This document shows positions 13,209 through 25,544 of a stretch of 63,877 nucleotides of DNA, in pieces. The stretch is from Octopus bimaculoides (lineage: Eukaryota): positions 28,042,519 to 28,106,395 of the forward strand of contig NC_068995.1 in assembly GCF_001194135.2 (NCBI RefSeq), written 5' to 3'. The number at the start of each line of letters is the position of its first letter. The stretch's first letter is position 1. Made by a program: the position numbers and the translations under genes. The notes under the pieces were generated by a model, which saw only the letters and a list, made by a program, of their open reading frames with translations, was not told the DNA's origin and ran no database searches.

Positions 13209-13430
13209 TTACAAAACTTCTTTGTAGATGATATTTTCTGTTTGGTCGACACTAATTTTCAAATTAGTGGAGTCTGTTGCTTTATTCATAGCGACGCATA
13301 ACTGGCCAAGTGTAAACACCAGAGTGGGTAAAAATACACCTACACAATCTGAAGCCTGGCCCTGTGTCTTGTTTGCTGTGAATGCACGAGCAGAATTTTT
13401 AGGGTTGCAAAATATCAAACTAAGACTTAC
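13209..13430 (-). mobile_element. Helitron Rep/Hel C-terminus (PIF1 helicase end), degenerate
   Basis: AFTANKTQGQASDCVGVFLPTLVFTLGQLCVAMNKA..TENIIYKEVL* matches the PIF1/Helitron consensus AFAMTINKSQGQ..VG..L..VF.HGQLYVA.SR..T.NIVYKEVL*. Confidence 0.8.
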
Positions 13431-13757
13431 CTCTCAGTGTTCTATGTGAATAAGGTCTGGATGTTCTGGTACCATGGGTTATTTTGATTGACAAAACTGA
13501 GATGTAAACAACAGCCATTTCGAATCCTTCTTGAGACTGACATACTTCAATAACCACTACATAATCACACACACTATATACTGACATACTTTTTCCATTT
13601 TATTTTCGCTATTGACTATCCTTGCGACCCCCTTTGATGGGGTCATGAAAATCCAGAGCTACTTGTGGTCGATGAATTTTTAATAAAAATGTGATGGTAG
13701 TTTATCAATTCAAAAATCGATATCCATGAAATAATTTCTGATTTTTTAATGCTAAAA

Positions 13758-13950
13758 ATTATTGGGGCCCTGGAATATGTAACACACTGCCTAAATACCA
13801 ATCTTGAGAAATTAAGCTTCTCAAAACCAGAAAGAAAGCTATTTTAATTCGAAGACTACAGACCCAATCTATCACTGGAACTGTAAAAATCTGTAAAACT
13901 TTCCAGAAGTTTATCATATAAATACATATGAGCATGTCATACATACATAC
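13758..13950 (+). mobile_element. 3' end of an R4/Dong-type LINE; inverted copy of ~14372-14557
   Basis: Encodes IIGALEYVTHCLNTNLEKLSFSKPER and is the reverse complement of 14372-14557. Ends in (TACA)n. Confidence 0.8.
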
Positions 13951-15520
13951 AAACAGGGTTTACAGAAAGTATAAACAACATCACAGAGAAACTGTCCCCT
14001 TGGAATATGCCTCTGCAATACTGTATTCTCTCAGTGATAACACAGTCACTCCTTGTGTTTAATTTCAAGATGGTGGCCCGTGATGAAGTCAAGTCAGCTA
14101 TGGCTTTGATTATGCTCACTGGAACTTTAGCACTGGAACAAAGGCTTTCATGTAGTCTAGCCACATTGAAACTAGGTTCCTTCTATGCTCCCACACCTCT
14201 GACATTACAGTTTTGTTGATTAACAAATGTATGTATGTATGCATGTATGTGATTGTTCAGTTTTATTTCAAGATTTCGTGCCAATAGAGAAAGAGCCGCA
14301 TTCTAACCTAGATTCAAAGCTCCTTCATTGGAATTTCAACATCAACAACAGGGTATTTTTGTTAGTGTGTATGTATGACATGCTCATATATATTTAAATG
14401 ATAATCTTCTGGAAAATTTTACAAATTTTTACAATTCCAGTGATGGACTGGATCTGTAGTCTTCGAATTATAATAGCCTCCTTTCTGGTTTTGAGAAGCT
14501 TAATTTCAGAAGATTGATATTTAGGCAGTGTGTTACATATCCCAGAGCCCCAATAATTACAGGTATAAACCTGAACTTGTAATCTGGATAGAGTAACTGC
14601 AGATTTCTGAATAGTTCAGCATAGGTGTTCTCTTTTTCACTGATCTTCAGCTTTATGTTAACATCCACTGGGCAGCTAATTTCCGCAACTGTACACAGTT
14701 TCTCTTCTCTATCCCAAATCATTATATCAGGTCTGTTGTGCTTACATTTTATTGAGGTTTTCACTGGGACATTCCACCAGTTCTCCTTTTTATCATGAGT
14801 GTCTTATGGCTTCCACCATGCTGTGGGTTCTTATTTCTTTGTCCTTGGAGTTATCCTTCTGATGGATTTCATTATAGAGTATCTTAGCTACAACATTATG
14901 TCTCATCAGTAGATAATACCTTGATGAGATTTTCAGACAACTGCTTATGATGTGGGTGATATCTTCAGTGTTAACTCCACAAAGTCATTGGTTATCACAT
15001 TTAACTGCTTTTCCTGCATTTCTATCCCTTTTGTGCATCCTGTTCCTGGATTGCAAATGAATACCCTTCAAAGTGGAAGGTAGTAATCCGGCTATCGGTC
15101 CATGATAGACTGCTTTCATGATCAAAGTTACTATCATCTCAGAGCTTTCGGATTTTTACATCATTGGCTCAGATCTCACCAAGTGTCCAATCCAATCAAG
15201 CAACCCAAATGTTGGTATGAGCACAGGCACTGCAAACACATTGTGGGCTACTGTTTTATTGAATGCAGAGAGTTCCGAGGTTCAAATTTTCTTTATTCAG
15301 CTGTAATATTCTTTAGTGACATGTGTTTTATTACAGGTGCCATTGTAAGATGTTTTCATCCACCTGTAACATTCTTTGTCAGATATAGGGGAAACAGTCA
15401 AATCATTGATGGAGACGTTGCTAGTCTGGTTTATAGTTTTCCCTCCTTTTCACAACCATACAATAATATTTATCCTAACGAAACTCCAATCCTACATCCT
15501 TTGAGAATGTTGTAACTAGG
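13951..15520 (-). mobile_element. R4/Dong-type non-LTR retrotransposon (RLE endonuclease), 3' half plus a displaced RT fragment
   Basis: RLE: HNRPDIMIWDREEKLCTVAEISCPVDVN..EKENTYAEL..PVIIGALG (14764-14468). CCHC-region remnants near 14900-15000. RT fragment GIFQGDSFSVMLFILSVNP (14164-13951). 3' UTR ends in (TACA)n at ~14228-14250. Confidence 0.85.
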
Positions 15521-15626
15521 CCAAGGCTCTTTTTCATCTCATGCATATTCTTTGCATAAAGTTTCAAGTCATCCACAAAGAAACAGTGTAAAATTTTGAT
15601 GTATGTGTATATATGCATGTATGTAT

Positions 15627-18600
15627 CATCCTCATCATTGTTTAATGTCCACTTTCTATGCTAGCATGGGTTGGACGATTTGACTGAGGACTGGCGAATC
15701 GGATGGCTGCACCTGGCTCCAATCTGATCTGGATGCCCTCCCTAATGCTAACCACTTCGAGAGTATAGTGGGTGCTTTTATGTGACACCGGCACGAGGGC
15801 CAGTCTGGCGGTACTGGCAATGGCCTCACTTAAATGTTGTTTTTTATGTGCCACCTGCACAGGTGTCAGTTCAGTGGCACTGGCAATGACCTTGCTTGAA
15901 TGTTTTGTTCACATGCCACCAGCACAAGTGCCAGTAAGGCGACGCTGGTAACGATCATGATCAAATGGTGCTTTTTACGTGCCACTGGTACGGAAGCCAC
16001 ACAGCTGCTCTGGCAGTGATCCCGCTTAGTGCTGTTAGTGCTCCACTGGTACAGGTGCCATTCATCGAATTTGGTTCAGTTTCGATTTCACTTGCCCCAA
16101 CAGGTCTTTGCAAGCAGAGTTTAGTGTCCAATGAAGGAAGGTTGGTATGGGTGCCAGTTGTCGAATTTGGTTTGATTTCAATTTCACNNNNNNNNNNCAC
16201 TTGCCCCAACAGGTCTTTGCAAGCAGAGTTTAGTGTCCAATGAAGGAAGGTTGGTATGGGTGCCAGTTGTCGAATTTGGTTTGATTTCAATTTCACTTGC
16301 CTCAACAGGTCTTTGCAAGCAGGGTTTTGTGCCCAAAGAAGGAAAGGTACACATAAGTGGGCTGGCTACACCCCTGGTAAAGGCCACAGGTTATGGTCTC
16401 ACTTGTCTTGCCGGGTCTTCTCACGCACAGCATATTTCCAAAGGTCTCGGTCACTAGTCATTGCCTCGGTGAGGCCTAATGTTCGAAGGTCGTGCTTCAC
16501 CACCTCATCCCAGGTCTTCCTGGGNNNNNNNNNNNNNNNNNNNNNNNNNNNNNNNNNNNNNNNNNNNNNNNNNNNNNNNNNNNNNNNNNNNNNNNNNNNN
16601 NNNNNNNNNNNNCTGTGGCACTTTTTCACACAGCTATCCTCATTCATTCTTGCCAAATGACCATACCAGTGCAGTCGTCTCTCTTGCACACCACAACTGA
16701 TGCTTCTTAGGTCCAACTTTCCTCTCAAGGTACTTACACTCTGTCGTGTATGCACACTGACATTACACATCCATCGGAGGATACTGGCTTCATTCCTTGC
16801 GAGCTTATGCATGTCTCAGCAGCCACGGTCCATGTTTCACTGCCATGTAGCATGGCTGTTCGTACACATGCGTCATACAGTCTGCCTTTTACTCTGAGAG
16901 GCCCTTTGTCACCAGCAGAGGTAAAAGCTCTCTGAACTTTGCCCAGGCTATTCTTATTCTAGCAGCTACACTTTCAGCGCACCCTCCCCCACTACTGACT
17001 TGGTCACCTAGGTAAAAGAAGCTATCAACTACTTCTAGTTTTTCTCCCTGGAATGTGACAGAAGTTGTTCTCTGCACATTTTCAGTGTTTATTGCTCCTG
17101 AACATCTGCCACATACAAAAACTATCTTCCTAGTTAACCTTCCTTTGATATTGCTGCACCTCATATGTGTCCAAAGCTTACACTGGGTACATCTTATAGA
17201 GTTTCTACCTACGCCTTTTCTACAGATCGAGCAGGCCCATGTACCTGAAGGGGTTTGTGGTTTGTCTACCTTCCTACTTATTTGGACTTTGGTCTTAGCT
17301 AGGTTGACTGCAAGGCCCTTCAATTCTAATCCTTGCTTCCAAACCTGAAACTTCTCCTCTAGTTCTGATAGAGCTCCCAGGGGCATCCTGTCTTGAATTC
17401 CTGTGTTATTGCCTGGAGGACTATGATAAATAGGAGGGGGCTGAGGACTGAACCTTGGTGGACTCTTACCTCTACCCAGAATTCTTCACTGTACTCGTTG
17501 CCAACCCTCACCTTACTGACAACGTCCCTGTACATAGCTTGCATAGCTCTCACTAACCATTCATCTATCCCTAGTTTTCGCATTGACCAGCAGATAAGGG
17601 ATCGGGATCCCCTGTCAAAGGCTTTCTCCATGTCAATGAAAGCCAGGTACAGAGGTGTAGTGAAACCTCTCTATCGGGTATTTATTTACGAATGATAACG
17701 TAGCAGCTAACATCTAGCTTTCAGCTGCTTGGACCCTGATTGGCTCTTATTTGCGTGGCATTTATCTTCAGTCCTGTTTCGTGCCAGGGTGCATACCGTC
17801 CAATCGTGGCCTTCTAATGTCACGTGAGAGAGTGTTTTCTACTGTTTCTTCAGCCCCTTTTTATCTATAAATAGCCCTGCTTCATCCATGCCAGTTGGTC
17901 TCGACTTTAGACCTCTTACAGCTCCAGCCAGTTTCCAGCGACGACATCAACACCACCACCAGACTACACGCTACCAACAGCAACCACGGTTCCTTCTCAA
18001 CACTGTTTGTGTGGATTGTTTCCACCTTGAAAATAACAGCCAGAACCAACCTGCGAGGATCTTCTGTACCAAGTAACCGGTCGCAGCATCGACGCTCAAC
18101 TTCACATACATGTGACACCTCAGCTCTGCTATTCAGCCACGACCTCGTGTACAAACATTCTACCTACTGTGTAACTCTTCTATGAACAGGTATTTTCTTA
18201 TCTTTGTGTTCAGGACTCTTATAGTCTATGTTACAGACACTTTCCATGCTCTGTATTTCTCATTCACACACACACACATATTATTGTATACATACTCTTG
18301 TACAAGAAGGCCTGTCTTATATATAGTGTTACTTATATTGCCGCATGCACGCACACACTGACACACTGTTGATCACCCTAATAAAGCTTACTCTCGATAT
18401 ATATCTAACGGTTGTGTCTCTCTCTTTCCTTGCTCGCATCTCACATGCGAGCCCTCTTATGTCGTATTATATGTTTTGTGTCGACCGTGTGACGTGTGAA
18501 AAAGAGCTTCTTTCGTTTGTCGCCGTCTCCTTTGGTTCGCATGGTCGTTCTCTTCAGAGGTTTATCTTTGGCTAGGTATTTCTCTTGCAGCTGTCTTACC

Positions 18601-20240
18601 AGAAATATAGCATCAGTGGTGCTTTTCCCTAGCATGAACCCAAACTGCATCTCATCTAAACTGACTCTCTCCCTAATTAGTTGGGCTATGACCCTCTCTG
18701 TGACCTTCATTACCTGATCCAACAACTTGATACCTCTGTAATTATTTGTGTCTAAAGCGTTACCTTTACCTTTGTAGCAGTTGACTATGGTGCTGCTACA
18801 CCAGTCATTGGGTATGAATCCTTCGTGTATCACTCGGTTAACTATATTTTGAGTCTCTGCAGTGAGTCTATTTTGAATCTCTGCAGTGATTCCTGATGAG
18901 CCGGGGGCTTTCCCTGTCTTCACACACTTGATTGCTTTATCTACTGAGGTACTGTCAATTAGGATAGCTGGTCCCTCTGTTGGGTCGACATTCAGCAGAC
19001 TCTCTGTCTCTCATTCATTCTCTTTATTGAGCAACCTTTCATAGTGGTGTCTCCAAATCTCTCTCTTTGCAGCCTTGTTTTGTTGCAAGTGAACCATCAT
19101 CCACGCGGACACATTTCTCTCCTATGACATCACGATTCTCTCTCACACACTGTCTTGCAAGACGAAATACTTCAAGTCTTTGGTCCTCATGGCACAGAAC
19201 ATTGGCAAATTTTTTCTTATCTGCTTCCCTTCTGGCTAAATAAACCTGTCTCCTAGCTTCCCTTCTGGCCGTCTGATACAATTCCCTGCTACCACCGTTC
19301 TTCCAAGCCTGTTTCTTTTGTCTAATAGCCCTGTCAACCACATTGTTCCACCACCACGTTACCTTGGTTCGAGAGGGGACTTTGCAGCATCCACAGATCT
19401 GGTCAGTGGCTCTCAGCAGGTTGTCCTGTAGAAACCTCCAGTTGTCTTCCACATTATGTGATGCTATANNNNNNNNNNCTAACTACTAATCTATGTTGAA
19501 GGGTAAATTCTTCACCTGGGAAGGTTTTGGCATTTATAAGCAGCTCTCTTTCCCTTTGTCTGGCGAGGATGTAGTCAATTTGGCTAGTGTGTCTGCCAGA
19601 ACGGTAGGTGACTAGGTGACAGGCAGGTTTCCTGAAGTTGGTATTGCAAACCATAAGATCATTTGCATCGCAGAACTCCATCAGTCTGGTTCCCTCCTCA
19701 TTGCGGGAACCAAAACCATAGCCTCCATGTATGCCATGGAAGCCCCCTGCATGTTGTCCAACATGTCCATTGAAATCACTAGCCACAAAGAGAAGGTCCC
19801 CGTCATTCGTCAACGAGGTAGTCTGCAATAGGGTGTCATAAAATTGGTCATTCTGACCATCCAGCAGCCCTGGTTGAGGGGCATAGGCCGAGATATTGGT
19901 AGCTAACCTATGATGAAGTATTAATCTAATCTTAAGTATTCTGTCACATACTCTGACTACCTCGATTACCCATTTCTCCGCAAGAAGTATACCCATGCCC
20001 CCGACCCCATCAATGTTCCCTGCCCAGAAAATCTTGAAACTGTGTTCTTTGCCTGTGAGGAACCTAGCAGAACCTCCTCTCCACCTTACTTCTTGGATGC
20101 AGCACAAATCTACACGTCTCCGTTCAAGCATCTCAACAATCTCACCAGACCTACCTTTCAGTGTGCCGACGTTGAGTGTGCCAACTCTATCAGCAGAGAA
20201 ATTGAAAATCGAGTAGGGGAAACAGAGTATTGCACTGGTT
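15627..20240 (-). mobile_element. RTE-clade LINE, near full length, degenerate (APE - RT - PHD-like finger - 3' UTR - (GAT)n tail), split by a solo LTR
   Basis: APE: LERRRVDLCCIQEVRWRG..SDFNGHVG..IDYIL (20131-19454). RT: NYRGIKLLDQVMKVTERV..; MEKAFDR..VHQGSVLSPLLF. C-terminus: ASILRWMCNV..ERRLHWYGHLAR..PRKTW. (CAT)n on the plus strand at 15627. Confidence 0.95.
17656..18556. mobile_element. Solo LTR, 901 bp
   Basis: Starts TG and ends CA, with 4-bp TSD GAGG (17652-17655 and 18557-18560). Removing it restores the RTE sequence GGTACAGAGGTTTATCTTTGGC. TATAAATA at 17866-17873. Confidence 0.85.
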
Positions 20241-20715
20241 CATATAGAGTTAGGGTCAGGGAGTTTGGCGAATCAGGTGGTAAAATCGAAGAGAGAGAGA
20301 GAGAGGGGTCCGAGTTAGGTGGACAGACAGTGAATACAACACGAGGAAGAATATTCTTTGGGATTTTGGGTAACATAATTTAATGAAACGGCAAATGCCG
20401 AAATCGTGAGATCTATGTACATATGTATAAGGGTCAGCTGAAAAGTTCATAGGGTGACCAAGATACTCTTATGGAATGTGATCAAATGAGGTTTATTTTT
20501 CAATAAGTGTTTTAATGATCTCAAAACTAAAAGAAAGGCAAAAGACAAATGATATTGCTGGATTTTCTCCAGGCTACATTTTAATGGGTATCATGGACTA
20601 CTATAACAATAACCAGCCTACCTGAAATTACATTATAATATTTGCATATTGACCAGGGGCACTTTCACATAAGCTAAAAAATAAGTTTAATTATTCAACT
20701 CCAACTTTTCTAGTT

Positions 20716-21442
20716 TCATCCCAAAGATAAAGACAATGCACTTTCTTGATTGGGAAGAGAACCATGTGCTTCACTGGTAGGATTGGAAGCAACATCACTT
20801 AAGCTTAATGATTTCCTTTGATTTGCTTGTAAAATAACTCTTCCCTCATTAGAATCCAGAGTTAAGGTATTTTTTTTGCACTGAAGGAAGTGTTGCTCTA
20901 CAGTTTCTGCAACAGTCATCTTTTTCTGATCTGATCCTGAAGTTTCAGCAGTAGCAACTGAGATGCTAGGCCAGTTATCAAGAGTTTGATGTCCATCAGT
21001 TACAGAGAGTATTGAAAAGCATGAGTTTGTAATACTATTTAAAGTTTCAATAAAAAATTGGTCATGTTTAACATCTGTTTTGTTAGTTGAGCTATGTGAT
21101 GTCTCAGGGGAAGTTCTATCATTAGTGGTTTGTGACTGTTTACAAATGTCTTTTTGATTTGGACTAGAAAATGGAAATAATATAGAAGTAGGGTTTGAAT
21201 TTGTTGTCATAAATTCATCTGGTAGATGTGTAGAATTTGATGTTTCTATTATCTTCTCTAAATTATCAGGTTTTTCATAGAAGTGTTGTTTACTTATATA
21301 ACTTCCTTCTAAATCAGTGAAAGATCTCTTCACTATGTTTTCATCCATGTCATCCAAAGGCTCCAAAGGGCAATGATAAACTGCAATGATTGTTGGAGAC
21401 ATTTTGGATTCTTGAAATGCTGATACTGTTGTCACATTGAAT
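20716..21442 (-). CDS. Host FN3-domain gene, probable last coding exon (end of FN3, then a ~220-aa Ser/Thr/acidic tail, stop TGA)
   Basis: Acceptor TTCTCTTTTATTCTAACTAG| at 21443. Phase 2 joins TAT AA|A TTC = Y-K-F, then NVTTVSAFQESKMSP. Stop-free for 727 nt in AT-rich DNA. Confidence 0.85.
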
Positions 21443-21580
21443 CTAGTTAGAATAAAAGAGAATAATTTATTAAATATGATAAGGACATAAAGAAAGTGAA
21501 CATTATAACTAAAGAAACCAATGAAATAATGAAAAATACCATTAAATAAACAATTAAAATTCTTTTTAAGATTCACTTAC

Positions 21581-21677
21581 TTATAAGTTAATGATGGAAT
21601 TAAGTCTGAAATTATAATTCTAGTCTGTGATTTAGGCACAAGAGCTTTTGGTTGCCCATTAATGTATATTTTGAAAC
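21581..21677 (-). CDS. Host FN3-domain gene exon (97 nt): (G)FKIYINGQPKALVPKSQTRIIISDLIPSLTY(K)
   Basis: Acceptor TCTTCTGTTGCAG|, donor |GTAAGT, phase 1 to 2. Contains the FN3 pattern Y..NG...L.P...Y. Confidence 0.9.
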
Positions 21678-21935
21678 CTGCAACAGAAGATTTGAAAGAT
21701 TTATAAAGAGCTTTTCAGAATCAATTTGCTTCTCCATAGAACTAGTAGTTGTGTTTAGTTTGTCTAACATTATGCAATTATGAAATAAATCTTCACCTGG
21801 GTAGACTGAAAGACAGTCAAAAGTGAATTTTCCTCACAACCAGATGAATATATATGAAGACGGGAAATACAAACTCCAGCAAACACACACATCCTACCTA
21901 GAAAAACTAATCATTTGGGAAGGATGCCAATAATA

Positions 21936-22692
21936 CAGGGTGTCCCAAAAGTCACTGATGGGTTTCAATTTTTAGTAACTTCTTAATTTTACAAATAAAT
22001 GCATGAAATCTTGATACAATATAAATGACATAATGGAAATTAATATGCACAAGTCAAATTTTGCAACACCACTGAATCACATATGAAAAATGACATCGCT
22101 TAAATGGCAACCATTTTCCAAAACTTGCACCATAATACCCTGAAGAGTTTTAGATCTCACTTCTCTGATTTCTCTATTGATGTTCTTCAGTTGCACCAGA
22201 GTCTCTGGCTTGTTGACGTAAACACTCTCTTTCAGATATCTCCACAAAAAAAAATCTGGTCTAACCAAGTCTGGGGAACATGAAAGCCAGTTGACATTGC
22301 CGTAGCAGGAGATTATTCTCTCTCCAAAGCACTGCTGTAGAAACTGCATTGTTTCTCTTGCGGCATGAGCAGTTGCCCCATCTTGCTAGAACCATGTGTG
22401 AGGTCTACTTTGAATGGCCGGGTGCAAAAAGGTCTCAATCATGGATACCTGAAAGAAAGGGTTGACATCAACAGATTGGAGACCCTGGTGCAACTGAAGG
22501 AGAACATCAACAGAGAAATCGGTGCAAGCTTTGATGTCATTTTTTTGCATGTGATGTAGTGATGTTGCAAAATTTGACTTGTACATATTAATTGCCAATA
22601 TGTCCCTTATATTGCATCAAAATTGCATGCATTTGTAAAATTAAGGAAGTTATTAAAAATTGAAACCCTTCAGTGACTTTCGGGACATCCTG
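21936..22692. mobile_element. Tc1/mariner-derived foldback element built from two 3' ends
   Basis: TA-CAGGGTGTCCC ... GGGACATCCTG-TA, with arms of about 140 bp or more. The transposase C-terminus faces outward on both strands: WLSCSPDL..DFFLWRYLKESVY..ETLVQLK (-) and GYLKERV..ETLVQLKENINREI (+). Confidence 0.88.
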
Positions 22693-22849
22693 TACATGAA
22701 AGTAATCACAAGGCAGTAACTTTGCTTATTATAGGATATATTATTAGTGCCGTTGCACTGTTGAATACTCTAAGTTGGTTATTTCTATATATTAATACAA
22801 ATAAATTATTATTATTATTTCGTATACACACAACAGATGAGACTGTTGG

Positions 22850-24600
22850 TAAAAAAAAACACTTCTTAACATCGAGCTACAACAAGTAACCTTAGATGCT
22901 AAGAACTTTCCTAAGAATCCCTACTATTTTCTGAGTTGCCTATATCCATCTGTTCTTCCATTCATATTGAATTCCTTTCTAGTTCTTCTGTCTAGAATTG
23001 CTAATTCAAATATGTCCAATCTACAAAAGCTGCTGAATATCTAAGTAGAAATACTACCTAATTATTTACAACCTTCACTAGATTCAGGCCATTTAGCTTC
23101 AGGTTCATTAACATAGTTAATCCTGTCAGATTCTAATACTCTTCTTTCAGTGATTTTAATGTTTGGCTAGCTGGTAACTGAATGCCTTCACTGCTGACTA
23201 CCTGTCCTTTTTTTATGACTAATATTGCGCACTTATCTATGTCAAATTCTGTACCTATATCTTTGCTGAAGAGTCTTACAGTTGTATTAAGGAATCTATC
23301 TCTTTTTAATTTTAACTAAAAAGCTTCAGATCATCCATGTATTAGGTTTCAACTAAGTTTCTGCCATTTTTCTAAATTTTAGAATCTATTTTTATCAAGA
23401 ATTCTATTTTTGAATTATTTTGGAATCTATTTTTTTTTTTTTTAATCTAGTTGATTTTAGTTAATTTTTGTTTATTTTCAGATCATTAAAATGGAATGTC
23501 AAGTTATAAAAACGAGCATTTTCGACACCTCTTTCTTTTTGCTTTTAATCAAGGTTCTAAGGCCACAAAAGTTGCTCGCGACATTTGTGCTGTGTATGGA
23601 GAGGGTGCCATGGCTGAAAGAACCGCTCGTGATTGGTATGCCAAGTTCAAAAATGGAAATTTTGACCTCAAAGACACATCTCGTTCTGGCTGTCCAGTTG
23701 AGTTCGATGGAGAGGGATTAAACCAACTTTTGTATGAAAATTCTCATCAAACGACAAGGGAACTGGTAGAGAAAATGGAATGCTCTCACACTGCTATAGA
23801 GAAGCATCTTCACTTGATGGGAAAGGTTCAGAAGTATGGAGCATGGGTTCCACATGCTTTAAGTGACAACACTGCGCATGAAACAAGATCTTCATCCGTG
23901 TAAAAGATGTTGTGCGTATGGTGGGACTGGGAAGGGATTATCCATTACAAATTACTTGAATGGAACCAAACGGTCAACACGGAACTCTATGTTAACAGAT
24001 GGAATGACTCAACATGGCTATTCAAGAGGGAGATTAAACATACTACAAATAGTCATCCAATTAGATACAACTCCATTCAGGCAATCCTGAAGTTGTTCTC
24101 CCCTCTCTTGAAATTAACTTTCCCAAAGGCTGTTTCACCTGAATAGAGATTTACTTTCCATTTCTTCATGATTAACTCATTTATGCTGTCTGTAATACTG
24201 AGAATATTCTCAAACACATGAGTGTGGAATCATGCATGTTATAAGCTTTCTTATAATCTATCCTTGCTATTGTTAAATTTTTGCTTCTAGATTCCACTCC
24301 TTTTAGGGCTGCTTTGTCTATGTGTTCATGTGTTTCTTTAGTCTTCTTCCTGCAACCTTTCAGTTTTACTGAAAGTAAATTCTGACTGTGAAGATGCTTA
24401 TAAATGCTTACTGAGAGCATTCCTGTTAACAGCTTCCATGCCAATGGTAAACAAGTGATTGGTGTATAATTACTAGCTATATTGCCTTTGCTTTTGTCTT
24501 TCCTAAGAAGTACTGTTCTCCCTCTAGTCATCCAATTAGATACGACTCCATTCAGGCAATCCTGAAGTTATTCTCCCAGTCCAATTAAGTATTCTTCCTA
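22850..24600 (-). mobile_element. R4/Dong-type LINE RT fragments (22850-23335 and 24050-24600), interrupted by a mariner
   Basis: GRTVLLRKDKSKGNIASNYTPITCLPLAWKLLTGML..GCRK..IDYKKAYN (24531-24181). Decayed KLF.KD..EFDIDKCA..K.G motifs at 23100-23290. Confidence 0.8.
23341..24045 (+). mobile_element. Mariner (Mos1/SETMAR-like) transposase, internally deleted
   Basis: TIR-like ATTAGGTTTCAACTAAGTTTCTGCC; EHFRHLFLFAFNQGSKA..ARDICAVYG..WYAKFKNGNFDL.D..RSG.P..WVPHAL; then jumps to MLCVWWDWEGIIHY. Confidence 0.9.
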
Positions 24601-24624
24601 ACACATTATCCATTATTATTAATA

Positions 24625-24985
24625 TTATTATCACCTCTGCCTTAGCATGGACAGAGCTATTGTTTTCAGTTGTGTTTGTTTGTTTGTAGACAAGATATCT
24701 CAAGAACTGCTGGATAGATTCAGATGAAACTTTCAGGGATGTTTGGCCTCGTGACTGGCATAAACTTATTAGATTTTGGGATTATCTGGTACTGGACAAG
24801 GATTCTAGATTATTTTTCTGGTTTTTTCACTTAATTTTTGAGAGCGGTCAAGTTCATTTTTAGTATTCTCGTTTGTGAGAGCAGCTAAGTTTATTTTAGA
24901 TATTCTCATTTTAAAAATCCTCTGTGGCTAATCGTTGAGAGGACATTGGTGTTGCTCTGGCGGAGGTTTGTGCTCTCTGAGTGTC
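24625..24985 (+). mobile_element. Non-autonomous DINE-1/HINE-like (Helentron-type) repeat
   Basis: Subterminal inverted motifs CCTCTGCC (~24634) / GGCGGAGG (24959-24966), with a (GTTT)n tract followed by GATATCTCAAGAAC. Family assignment is from architecture only. Confidence 0.45.
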
Positions 24986-25544
24986 ATTGCCGCCGCCACC
25001 ACCACCACCATCAGGTGGATCTATGGAGAGGTCACCAATTTCATGGGTTCAAGGAGTAGATTTTAAGTGTAAGCATAACATGTCTGAATACATATTGTAT
25101 TTATTGTGTGCCAGTGGAAGTGTTAAGGGTGAGTAGAAGCAGCCATAAAAATAAGAATAAAGCAGAAATAAGGAGAAAAATATTAAAGGAAATATCAAAT
25201 TAGAGTCACAAAAAACAGTGTTCAACATCATTTTGGTCAAATGTAGTGTTTGCATGCACTTGTCCACACTGTTGAAGTGTATGCATAGAGTAGTTGGATT
25301 GTTAATTGTGTGTGCATATCTTACATAGTATCTTTTGTTTCATGTCTGTATTTGTGTATGGAGACTGTTTCTTTGTGTATCTGTGTATGTGTGCTTGCGT
25401 GTGTATGTGTTTGTTTGCATGTGCATTATATTCATTTTGTTTTATCATATATATGTACAATGTGTGCCCACAATACTTCCAATTCACATGTACAAATTTG
25501 GGATTTATGGTTTTTTACTTAATACCTGTCATATATAGGTATAT

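Noticed and set aside
13431-13496. Apparent 66-nt exon with a GTAAGT donor
   Set aside because: It lies beyond the stop codon and is contiguous with Helitron helicase remnants.
16067-16320. 96-bp tandem repeat giving a 32-aa repeat ORF
   Set aside because: Identical copies flank a 10-N gap inside an RTE 3' UTR, which is typical of an unmerged contig overlap.
21443-21576. ATG start and hydrophobic N-terminus (MNLKKNF...) of the 286-aa ORF
   Set aside because: This is the 138-bp intron read through in frame. It has a GTAAGT donor and a good acceptor, and splicing it out restores the FN3 domain.
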